Below, piece by piece: positions 34,834-43,856 of a DNA stretch of 64,000 nt (within the stretch, counting starts at the first letter, position 1; every line of letters starts with the position of its first letter). This DNA comes from Nitrospiraceae bacterium (lineage in GTDB: Bacteria; Nitrospirota; Thermodesulfovibrionia; Thermodesulfovibrionales; UBA6898), in contig CP070737.1 in the NCBI GenBank assembly GCA_020347665.1, forward strand, positions 1,190,055 to 1,254,054, written 5' to 3'. The translations under genes and the position numbers were made by a program. A model generated the notes under the pieces. That model searched no databases and had not been told where the DNA came from. It saw nothing but the letters and a program-made list of their open reading frames with translations.

Positions 34834-37800
34834 ATGAAGAAACAAGAATATAAGACACTGAGAATTCCTCGCGCTACCTATCGCCTTCAATGCAACAAAT
34901 ATTTCAGATTTTCAGACGCAAAGAAAATAATCTCCTATCTGGCCTCACTTGGCATTTCTGATATTTATACCTCTCCTTATTTTAAAGCAAAACCGGATAG
35001 CCTTCATGGTTATGACATCGTTGATCATTCCGCTTTTAATGTTGAAATAGGGACTGAAGCAGATTTTGATGATCTGATAACAGAGCTGCGCAAGCACACT
35101 ATGGGGCACATTTTGGATATTGTGCCGAATCATATGTGCATTGAAAGCAGCCAAAACAAGTGGTGGATGGATGTTCTCGAGAACGGACCATCTTCCGACT
35201 ACGCCCATTACTTTGATATAGAATGGATGCCTGCCAAGAAGGAACTCAGAAACAGAATTCTTATTCCCATTCTCGGTGACCAGTATGGTAAAGTTCTGGA
35301 GGATCAGGGGCTGAAATTAACATTTGAAGAAGGATCCTTTTTTGTCGACTACTTCGATAAAAGATTTCCCATCAGGCCAGAAACATACACATTGATTCTA
35401 CATTACAGAATAAATACTCTTGAGAAAAAACTCTCAGCCAACAATCCCTATTTTATAGAGTTGCTTAAAATTGTCGCGATGCTTGCCCATTTACCATCGT
35501 ACACACGGAGGGATGTAAAGAATAAGAAGAAGAGAAATAAGGAGAAATCGATTATCAAAACGCATCTCCTGAAATTGTATGATGAAAGCGCAGAGATCCG
35601 AGAATTTATCGATGAAAATATTCGACTTATCAATGGGAGGAAAGGTGATCCCAAAAGTTATAATCTTCTGGACAGATTACTGAACAGGCAGGTGTATCGA
35701 CTCAGTTTCTGGCGTGTTGCAACGGAAGAAATCAATTACCGAAGATTCTTTGACATAAACAATCTGGGATCTATCAGGATGGAAGCAAGAGATGTGTTCG
35801 AGGAAACGCACAGGCTTATATCGAGACTGATGCGAGAAGAAAAGGTTACAGGATTACGGGTTGATCACCCCGATGGGCTCTATGACCCTACAAAATATTT
35901 TCAGCATTTACAGAGGATGAGTTTTGTGGAATTACGGATGGCTCATCTTTCAAAAATCACGGCGGAGGTCGCTTCTTCTAGCGGCCGGACAGAAGTTAAA
36001 AAAAATATCGACCGGATCTATGATGAAATGCTTGTTTCAGATCCTTTGTTCAAACCTTTTTATATCGTGGGCGAAAAAATACTTTCAAAAGGTGAGAAAA
36101 TTCCGGAAGACTGGCCTGTGTTCAGCACAACCGGATACGATTTCCTGAACAGTTTGAATGGAATTTTTGTCGAATCAGCTAGGAGCAAGGCATTTAACGA
36201 TATCTATGCAAGATTTACACGACTCAAACGTAATTATCATGATATTGTTTATGAGAGCAAGAAGCTGATCATGCAGGCTTCCATGTCCAGTGAGATAAAC
36301 ACGCTCGGCCACTATTTGGACACCATATCAGAAAAGAACAGACATACGAGAGATTTCACACTGAATAGTCTTACGGCTGTAATTATGGAGGTTGTGGGAT
36401 TCTTCCCCGTATACCGAACGTATATAAATTCCCTGAGTGTATCAGACAGAGATCGCCAGTATATCGAGCTTGCCGTTTACCGGGCGAAGCGGAAGAATCC
36501 CGCAATCAATGAATCTATTTTTGATTTTCTGAAAGATGTGCTTCTCCTTGATTTTCCTGATGAATTTCATAATGAGGATAAAAAAGGGTGGCTTGATTTC
36601 GTTATGAAATTCCAGCAGGTGACTGGACCTGTCATGGCGAAGGGACTGGAAGATACTGCTTTTTATCAATATAACCGTTTGAGCTCTCTTAATGAGGTGG
36701 GGGGCTCTCCTGACAGATTTGGTATTCCGCTCGAAACCTTTCATGGACAGAATATTGAAAGAGCAAAAAAAAATCCCCATGCCCTGCTTACCACATCAAC
36801 CCATGATACCAAGCGAAGTGAGGATGTCAGGGCCCGCATCAATGTTTTATCAGAGATGCCTGACGAATGGAAGAAACAGATTTCTTCCTGGAGCCGTATC
36901 AACAGAAATAAAAAAATAATAGCGGATGGCAAGCCAGTTCCGGACCGTAACGAAGAGTATCTGCTCTATCAGACCCTCATTGGGATATGGCCGTTAAACG
37001 AAATGGGTGAGCGTGAATATAACGAGTTTATCAGGAGGATAGAAAACTACATGATTAAAGCCTTGCGCGAAGCAAAGGTGAATACGAGCTGGACGAATTA
37101 TAATACATTATATGAAGAGGCGGTTCTTCTGTTTTTGCAGAGAATTCTTGACCGCACATTGGATAACCAATTCATAAGGGAGCTTCAGGATTTCCAGAAG
37201 AAGGTTTCCTGCTACGGCATGTATAAATCACTATCTCAGACGCTTCTAAAGATGACATCGCCGGGAATTCCGGATTTTTATCAGGGGAATGAAATATGGG
37301 TATATAACCTGGTCGATCCTGATAACAGAAGACCCGTTGATTATGATAAAAGAATAACACTGCTGGCAGAACTGAAAGCACTCGAAAAGAAACTTTATCC
37401 GCTGGAACTGGCGCAGAGGCTCATGAAGGATAAGGATAATGGCCTGATAAAATTATTCATCATATATAAAATCCTGAATTACAGGGAAAAGCACAGCGAG
37501 CTGTTCGAAAAAGGCGAATATGTTTCTCTTGATATCGAAGGCGAATATAGCGATGCACTATGTGCGTTTTCGAGAAGGAGTGGCAAAAAGAGGATTATAG
37601 TCATCGCACCACGGTATGTAACCTGTTTTATTGATAATCCCTGGGCTTTTTCTGTCAAAAGGGATTTTGAACAGACTGCATTTCTCGTTGTTTCTTTTGG
37701 GCAGACGGGAGAACAGTACAGAAATATCTTTACCGGAGAAGTTTTGACTGTAGTAAGTCATAATGATGCCTCAGCATTACATCTTTCTAAAATCTTTGCA

Positions 37801-37836
37801 GAGTTTCCCGTGGCAGTACTTGAGAAGATGCATTGA
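34834..37836 (+). CDS. treY: malto-oligosyltrehalose synthase (GH13)
   Basis: ATYRLQ.NK.F.F, LGISDIYTSP, HGYDIVDH, DIVPNHM and GLRVDHPDGL. ATG 34834 preferred over TTG 34831. Confidence 0.88.
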   Translation: MKKQEYKTLRIPRATYRLQCNKYFRFSDAKKIISYLASLGISDIYTSPYFKAKPDSLHGYDIVDHSAFNVEIGTEADFDDLITELRKHTMGHILDIVPNHMCIESSQNKWWMDVLENGPSSDYAHYFDIEWMPAKKELRNRILIPILGDQYGKVLEDQGLKLTFEEGSFFVDYFDKRFPIRPETYTLILHYRINTLEKKLSANNPYFIELLKIVAMLAHLPSYTRRDVKNKKKRNKEKSIIKTHLLKLYDESAEIREFIDENIRLINGRKGDPKSYNLLDRLLNRQVYRLSFWRVATEEINYRRFFDINNLGSIRMEARDVFEETHRLISRLMREEKVTGLRVDHPDGLYDPTKYFQHLQRMSFVELRMAHLSKITAEVASSSGRTEVKKNIDRIYDEMLVSDPLFKPFYIVGEKILSKGEKIPEDWPVFSTTGYDFLNSLNGIFVESARSKAFNDIYARFTRLKRNYHDIVYESKKLIMQASMSSEINTLGHYLDTISEKNRHTRDFTLNSLTAVIMEVVGFFPVYRTYINSLSVSDRDRQYIELAVYRAKRKNPAINESIFDFLKDVLLLDFPDEFHNEDKKGWLDFVMKFQQVTGPVMAKGLEDTAFYQYNRLSSLNEVGGSPDRFGIPLETFHGQNIERAKKNPHALLTTSTHDTKRSEDVRARINVLSEMPDEWKKQISSWSRINRNKKIIADGKPVPDRNEEYLLYQTLIGIWPLNEMGEREYNEFIRRIENYMIKALREAKVNTSWTNYNTLYEEAVLLFLQRILDRTLDNQFIRELQDFQKKVSCYGMYKSLSQTLLKMTSPGIPDFYQGNEIWVYNLVDPDNRRPVDYDKRITLLAELKALEKKLYPLELAQRLMKDKDNGLIKLFIIYKILNYREKHSELFEKGEYVSLDIEGEYSDALCAFSRRSGKKRIIVIAPRYVTCFIDNPWAFSVKRDFEQTAFLVVSFGQTGEQYRNIFTGEVLTVVSHNDASALHLSKIFAEFPVAVLEKMH

Positions 37837-37978
37837 TTTTTGGAGTGAAAAGTCAATTTGCATAAGGGCATATTTTCAGGTAAAATGAACATGCGATAGC
37901 CTATCCGTACCGTTTTTCTCACGACACAGGCAACGTTTTCATATACGGATATAACTGCAGAACAAACGAGGAGCAATA

Positions 37979-39202
37979 ATGCCTCATCCAAAGGTTATAG
38001 CTTTTGTCCTTGCAGGAGGGAAAGGAGAGAGACTTTTCCCTCTTACGGCATTTCGCTCTAAACCATCTGTGCCGTTTGGTGGCAGGTACAGAATTGTAGA
38101 TTTTGTCCTCAGTAATCTTGTGAATTCGCATATATATTCCGTTTATCTCCTTGTCCAGTATAAATCTCAGTCCTTGATCGAGCATGTTCGGCAGCATTGG
38201 GTATTGTCTTCCGTTATGAAGGATCACTTTGTTGCTGTTGTACCTCCGCAGATGCGGATGGGTCCTGAATGGTTTCAGGGAACAGCAGACGCGGTTTTCC
38301 AGAATGCTGCACTTATCCATCAGCATAATCCTGAACTGGTGATAGTCTTCGGCGCTGACCATGTATACCGAATGGATATACGGCAGATGATGGATTATCA
38401 TCTGCACAAGGATGCAGCGGTTACCGTTGCTGCGCGACCAATTCCCATTGAGCTGGCATCCTCTTTTGGGGTCATTGTTACGGATGAGGAAAACAGTATT
38501 GTCGGATTTCAGGAAAAACCCAAAAAACCCAGATCTATGCCCAATGATTCAAGTCGGGCATATGTCTCTATGGGTAATTATATTTTCAACAGGGATATTA
38601 TCCTTGAGGCGATGGCTAAGGCGCAAAGAAAAAAACAGCATGACTTCGGTGCTCATGTTATACCGTCTCTGGTCAACACTGGGAAGGTATACGCGTATGA
38701 TTTTCATGTTAACACTGTCACCGGCACGAAAGAATATGAAGAAAATGGCTACTGGAGAGATGTGGGAAACATAGCTGCTTATTTTGATGCCCATATGGAT
38801 ATGCTGGGAGAGGAGCCGCGCTTTGATGTAGACAACCATTACTGGCCAATCCACCCGTCTGGATATGAAGGGCCTGCCACGAAGATTATCCGTGCTGATA
38901 TCAGAAACAGCATCATAGCTGAAGGCGCATCTATCAATAATGCCAGGATAAACAATTCTGTTATAAGAAGTGGCGTCATAATCGAGGATGATGTGCAGGT
39001 TGAAAACTGCATCATCATGGACCGTGTCATCCTCAAAAAAGGCTGCAGCATTAAGCACGCGATCATTGACAAATTAAATGTTATTGACAAAAAAGAAAAG
39101 ATAGGATTTGAACCTGACAAGGATCGCTTTACCTGTCATATTGATCCTTCCGGGATCGCCGTACTCCCGAGGAGCGGTCGTATTAAATCTGTCAAAAAAT
39201 AG
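37979..39202 (+). CDS. glgC: glucose-1-phosphate adenylyltransferase
   Basis: LAGGKGERLFPLT, FGGRYRIVDF, WFQGTADAV and the C-terminal left-handed beta-helix repeats. Confidence 0.9.
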   Translation: MPHPKVIAFVLAGGKGERLFPLTAFRSKPSVPFGGRYRIVDFVLSNLVNSHIYSVYLLVQYKSQSLIEHVRQHWVLSSVMKDHFVAVVPPQMRMGPEWFQGTADAVFQNAALIHQHNPELVIVFGADHVYRMDIRQMMDYHLHKDAAVTVAARPIPIELASSFGVIVTDEENSIVGFQEKPKKPRSMPNDSSRAYVSMGNYIFNRDIILEAMAKAQRKKQHDFGAHVIPSLVNTGKVYAYDFHVNTVTGTKEYEENGYWRDVGNIAAYFDAHMDMLGEEPRFDVDNHYWPIHPSGYEGPATKIIRADIRNSIIAEGASINNARINNSVIRSGVIIEDDVQVENCIIMDRVILKKGCSIKHAIIDKLNVIDKKEKIGFEPDKDRFTCHIDPSGIAVLPRSGRIKSVKK

Positions 39203-39220
39203 TTTTACAGAAGAAATGCC

Positions 39221-40570
39221 ATGATAATGAAAAGAAAAGTCTTAGAGGGTTCTGTTCTCATTATCAGTATCATCAAGTGGCTATTGCTTGCATCATGTAT
39301 CGGTATCATTGTTGGTTTATCGACATCAATATTCCTCAAATTACTGGATCTCGGCATTGGAATCGCTTCGGAATATACATATTATTTTCTTTTATTGCCG
39401 GTAGCTTTGTTTCTGAGTAGTTTTGCCGTAAAATACTTTGCGCCAGAAGCTGAAGGGCATGGCACCGAGAAGGTCATAGAAGCAGTTCATAAGCGCTCGG
39501 GAAAGATTAATCCTCTTGTTGTTCCGATAAAACTGGTCGCAACCGTTATAACTATAGCACTGGGAGGTTCCGCTGGCAAGGAAGGTCCCTGTGCTCAAAT
39601 CGGTGCCGGTCTTTCCTCAACCCTCTCTGATATCCTGAAATTTGATGACCGTGACAGAAAAAAACTGGTCATATGCGGTATTAGTGCCGGTTTTGCCACG
39701 GTATTCGGCACCCCTATAGCGGGAGCAATTTTCGGGGTTGAGGTATTATTTGTCGGCGGGCTGCTGTACGAAGTGCTCTTACCGTCATTCGTTGCAGGCA
39801 TCGTAGGCTATCAGGTTTCTTCCGCATTAGGAATTACCTATTTCCATCAGCCCCTTAATTTCATCCCCATATTCAGCAGCTTCTTCTTTATCAAGGTGTG
39901 CCTGAGCGGCCTTTTTTTTGGGCTGTGTTCTTTTCTCTTTATTGAAATCCTGAAATCTGTTGAAACCCTGAGCGACAAGATTAACATATGGCAGCCATAT
40001 AAAGGCATAACCGGCGGTGTTGTTCTCATAGTTCTGACTTTTCTCGTCTCCCCGCAATATTTGGGATTGGGCCTTGATACGATCAAATACGCCCTCGAAG
40101 GCGGAAAAATTTTTATACTGGCTTTTCTTTTTAAGATGATATTTACCGCTGTTACATTAAATTTTGGTGGAAGCGGCGGTATTGTGACGCCGATATTTTT
40201 CATTGGTGCAGCTTCCGGAAACCTGTTTGGCAGATTGCTTGGACTGGATCTTTCGTTATTTTCTGCAATCGGTATGGTCAGTCTTCTTGCGGGGGCTGCA
40301 AATACTCCGATATCTGCGAGCATTATGGCTGTTGAATTATTTGGGCCTGCCGTGGCTCCTTATGCAGCAGTTGCCTGTGTCATAAGTTTCCTGATGACGG
40401 GCCACCGGAGTGTCTACCCCAGTCAGGTGCTGGAAATTGTGAAGTCCTCTTCCATATCAGTAGAGAGAGGCAGAGAAATGGAAAACATCGAAAATGTCAG
40501 TCTTGAACTTCGGTCGAAGAGCATTATAGGAAATATCGCAAAAGGTCTTGAAAAATTTAAGAAGAGATAA
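39221..40570 (+). CDS. ClC-family chloride channel / Cl-:H+ antiporter
   Basis: GSAGKEGP and GFATVFGTPIAG selectivity-filter motifs. ~10 or more TM. Confidence 0.85.
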   Translation: MIMKRKVLEGSVLIISIIKWLLLASCIGIIVGLSTSIFLKLLDLGIGIASEYTYYFLLLPVALFLSSFAVKYFAPEAEGHGTEKVIEAVHKRSGKINPLVVPIKLVATVITIALGGSAGKEGPCAQIGAGLSSTLSDILKFDDRDRKKLVICGISAGFATVFGTPIAGAIFGVEVLFVGGLLYEVLLPSFVAGIVGYQVSSALGITYFHQPLNFIPIFSSFFFIKVCLSGLFFGLCSFLFIEILKSVETLSDKINIWQPYKGITGGVVLIVLTFLVSPQYLGLGLDTIKYALEGGKIFILAFLFKMIFTAVTLNFGGSGGIVTPIFFIGAASGNLFGRLLGLDLSLFSAIGMVSLLAGAANTPISASIMAVELFGPAVAPYAAVACVISFLMTGHRSVYPSQVLEIVKSSSISVERGREMENIENVSLELRSKSIIGNIAKGLEKFKKR

Positions 40571-40657
40571 TTCCTTTCTTTTGCCTGCCAAAACGCCTGT
40601 TACCTATCACAGAACTCAAACAATACAGAATCAGAGATTTTATGATAGCATTTAATT

Positions 40658-42640
40658 ATGGAATTTGAAATTCTCCAAGACCTGGTGCTTATCTTCGGAG
40701 TGTCAGCTGTCCTCGTATTTGCCCTGGAAAGATTGAATATTCCTTCTATAGTGGGATTTTTGATTGCGGGGGTCATTCTCGGACCGCACGGTTTCGGGAT
40801 TATTAAAGACATGCACGAAATAGAAATTTTTGCTGAAATCGGCGTGATACTCCTTCTGTTTACCATCGGAATAGAATTTTCGATGCATCGGCTACTCAGG
40901 ATGAAGAAGATTGTTCTTGCCGGTGGTGGATCATACATACTCTTTGCTATTGGTGTTACAGCCGCGGTGTTCTACCTCATGATAGAGCAACTCAATGAAT
41001 CTATCTTTTTTGGATTTCTGATAGCCCTGAGCAGCACGGCTATCGTCATGAAAATGCTTGCTGAAAAAGGTGAAAGTGACTCACCGCATGGCCGCGTCAT
41101 GATAGGCGTGTTGATCTTTCAGGACCTCTGTGTCGTTCCTCTCATGCTGCTCACTCCTGCGCTCTCAGGTGAAGGTATAAATGTCATCGACGTTATATTA
41201 CCAATAACAAAGGCAGGTGTTATTGTGGCTGCCGTGCTCTTGTCAGCACGCTGGATAGTTCCGGGTTTACTGCACCAGGTTGTCCATACGAAGAGCCGCG
41301 AGCTTTTTGTAATTGCGATCATCCTCCTGTGCATTGGCACTGCACTGCTGACGTCAAAAATGGGTCTTTCCCTTGCTCTCGGAGCATTCATAGCGGGACT
41401 GATCATATCAGAGTCTGAATATGCACATCAGGCAACCTCGGATATCCTTCCGTTCAAAGACAGCTTTATCGGGTTGTTCTTTGTATCTGTAGGCATGCTG
41501 ATGAATATTGGTTATATGTCTGATCATTGTCTGAAAATAGGTATTGCTGTATCTTTGATTTTTATTCTCAAGGCTGTAATAGGAGTGGTATCATCCCTTT
41601 TGATAAAGACGCCACTCAGAACTTCCATTCATGCGGGAATCGGGCTCGCTCAGGTTGGGGAATTCTCATTTGTGCTGGCTGTTGCCGGCCGTTCAGCGGG
41701 AATTATAACAGAAGAGTTTTATCAGATCTTTCTTTCTTCATCGGTTGTGACCATGATGATGACACCTTTTATGATGATGATTGCACCGGTGGTATCACGG
41801 TCGGTGACATCAAGCCGTGTGCTGAAAAGACTCGTCAAGATTCAGCGAGTTTCTGAAGGCGAGGGACTTCCCCGGAAAAGAGAGGGGCATGTCATCATCA
41901 TCGGTTTTGGCTTAAATGGGAGGCATCTTGCCAGAGTCCTTAAAGAGGCGGATATTCCATATGTTGTTCTCGAGATGAATATTGATACGGTTATTGACAT
42001 GAAGAAAAAAAGAGAACCCATTTATTACGGAGACGGAACGAGCAAGGAAATACTCAATAAGCTGAGCATTCAGAATGCCCGTCTTCTTGTAGTCGCAATT
42101 TCTGATCCTGCGTCAACCCGGCGGATTGTTTCTATAGCACGCCGTGAAAATCCAGATCTGTATATCATAGTGAGAACCCGTTATCTTGCGGAAGTTGATG
42201 ACCTCAGGGCCCTTGGAGCGGATGAAGTTATACCGGAAGAGTTCGAAACTGCGGTTGAAATCTTCTCACGAGCGCTCAATAAGTACAACTTTCCGAGCAA
42301 CGTTATACTGGATATGGTCGATAAGGTCAGGGAAGACAGTTATACAGCATTGAGAAGCGTTGAACTGCAAAAAAAGCATCTCTTCGAAAAATGTGAGTGG
42401 CTCCCTAATATAGAAATTGATGGATACAGGATTCCCGATGGGTCTCATCTGGGTGATAAAGGTATTGCAGAACTTCGTGTAAGGGAGAAGACCGGAATAA
42501 CGATTATCGCTGTAAGAAGAGGGGCAGAGGTTTTTACCAATCCGTCACCTGAATTCCATTTTAGATACGGCGACATCATATTGTTTACCGGGGAAAGAAA
42601 GAAAATGATGCAGGCCTTGGAATTTTTCAGAGGTAATTGA
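40658..42640 (+). CDS. Kef-type monovalent cation:proton antiporter (CPA2) with C-terminal RCK (TrkA-N/TrkA-C) domains
   Basis: Na+/H+ exchanger membrane domain, then IIIGFGLNGRHLA (GxGxxG) and a TrkA-C-like tail. Confidence 0.85.
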   Translation: MEFEILQDLVLIFGVSAVLVFALERLNIPSIVGFLIAGVILGPHGFGIIKDMHEIEIFAEIGVILLLFTIGIEFSMHRLLRMKKIVLAGGGSYILFAIGVTAAVFYLMIEQLNESIFFGFLIALSSTAIVMKMLAEKGESDSPHGRVMIGVLIFQDLCVVPLMLLTPALSGEGINVIDVILPITKAGVIVAAVLLSARWIVPGLLHQVVHTKSRELFVIAIILLCIGTALLTSKMGLSLALGAFIAGLIISESEYAHQATSDILPFKDSFIGLFFVSVGMLMNIGYMSDHCLKIGIAVSLIFILKAVIGVVSSLLIKTPLRTSIHAGIGLAQVGEFSFVLAVAGRSAGIITEEFYQIFLSSSVVTMMMTPFMMMIAPVVSRSVTSSRVLKRLVKIQRVSEGEGLPRKREGHVIIIGFGLNGRHLARVLKEADIPYVVLEMNIDTVIDMKKKREPIYYGDGTSKEILNKLSIQNARLLVVAISDPASTRRIVSIARRENPDLYIIVRTRYLAEVDDLRALGADEVIPEEFETAVEIFSRALNKYNFPSNVILDMVDKVREDSYTALRSVELQKKHLFEKCEWLPNIEIDGYRIPDGSHLGDKGIAELRVREKTGITIIAVRRGAEVFTNPSPEFHFRYGDIILFTGERKKMMQALEFFRGN

Positions 42641-42643
42641 TAT

Positions 42644-43642
42644 ATGGCGTTCTGGATTGCATTTGTTGTGTGTACGTCTGTCATTGTATACTCCGGATCC
42701 AGACTATCCAAATATGGCGACATACTTGCTGAAAAGACCGGTATGGGGCGGACCTGGATCGGATTAATCCTCATGGCCTCGGTCACCTCTCTTCCTGAGC
42801 TGATAACCGGCATAAGTTCTGTTACGTTCGCGAATGTTCCTGATATTGCGGTTGGTGACGTTCTTGGCAGTTGTGTTTTTAACATGTTAATACTTTCATT
42901 TCTTGATGCGTGGTACCGTCAGGCGCCCATATCGACAAAGGTTCATCATGGCAATATCCTTTCCGGTGGTATTGGAATGCTGCTCCTGAGTATTGTTGCA
43001 ATAAGCCTGTTCACAGGACATCACATGAATGCTATTGCGTGGATCGGTATTTATAGCCCGATATTTTTCATTATTTATTTAATAGCGATGAAACTGATTT
43101 TTAGCTATGAAAAACGCCAGTTGGCAGCGTATATGAAGGAAGTCGCCGTCGAGAAGAAATATAAAGATATTACCTTAAAAGCAGCCGTATCCGGATACGG
43201 TTTGAACGCAGTTATTGTAATTATAGCGGCGGTATTTCTTCCGAAGATAGGTGAAGGTCTTGCAGAGATGACAGGACTCGGAGAGACCTTCGTTGGCAAT
43301 ATATTTATAGCACTCTCCACGTCGCTTCCTGAAGTCGTGGTTTCAATTGCTGCTGTAAAGATGGATGCGGTTAACCTTGCGATAGGGAACCTCTTTGGCA
43401 GTAATATATTCAATATATTTATACTGGCCATAGACGATTTTCTGTATACGCAGGGCCCACTCCTGTTATTTGTCAACCAGAATCATATTATTTCTGCATT
43501 AGCTGCTATTGCGATGACGACTATTGCAATTATAGGGGCGACCTATAGAGCGGAAAAGAAAAGTCTGTTTCTCGCCTGGGATGCTATCGGAATACTGACG
43601 GTTTATGTGGGAAATCTGCTCTTGTTGTACGCACTGAGATAA
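42644..43642 (+). CDS. CaCA-family sodium/calcium (cation/Ca2+) exchanger membrane protein
   Basis: Two alpha-repeats, GDVLGSCVFN and GNLFGSNIFN, in a 10-TM protein. Confidence 0.75.
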   Translation: MAFWIAFVVCTSVIVYSGSRLSKYGDILAEKTGMGRTWIGLILMASVTSLPELITGISSVTFANVPDIAVGDVLGSCVFNMLILSFLDAWYRQAPISTKVHHGNILSGGIGMLLLSIVAISLFTGHHMNAIAWIGIYSPIFFIIYLIAMKLIFSYEKRQLAAYMKEVAVEKKYKDITLKAAVSGYGLNAVIVIIAAVFLPKIGEGLAEMTGLGETFVGNIFIALSTSLPEVVVSIAAVKMDAVNLAIGNLFGSNIFNIFILAIDDFLYTQGPLLLFVNQNHIISALAAIAMTTIAIIGATYRAEKKSLFLAWDAIGILTVYVGNLLLLYALR

Positions 43643-43714
43643 CTCATCTGAATAACTGAAGAAAAAAAGATACTTACGTGATTTTCATTATTAATCAGTA
43701 TAAATATGACTTTT

Positions 43715-43738
43715 CTGTCAATAATGCTCAATTGACAG
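43715..43738 (+). promoter_or_regulatory. palindrome CTGTCAAT-N8-ATTGACAG, candidate operator upstream of the cytochrome gene
   Basis: Perfect 8-bp arms read directly, ~120 bp upstream of ATG 43857 in an AT-rich spacer. Confidence 0.3.
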
Positions 43739-43856
43739 GTAAATTTTTTTGTAATAAAGTATAAATAAGTGTTGAAAGGGGGCAGTCAATATATTTTTTA
43801 ATCAGGATGATTTTTATGTGCTGTTTTTGATCTATTTTAAGTGAGGCTAGACAAAA

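Noticed and set aside
37919-38407. 162-aa minus-strand ORF
   Set aside because: It is antisense to the highly conserved 5' half of glgC. This is the typical shadow ORF.
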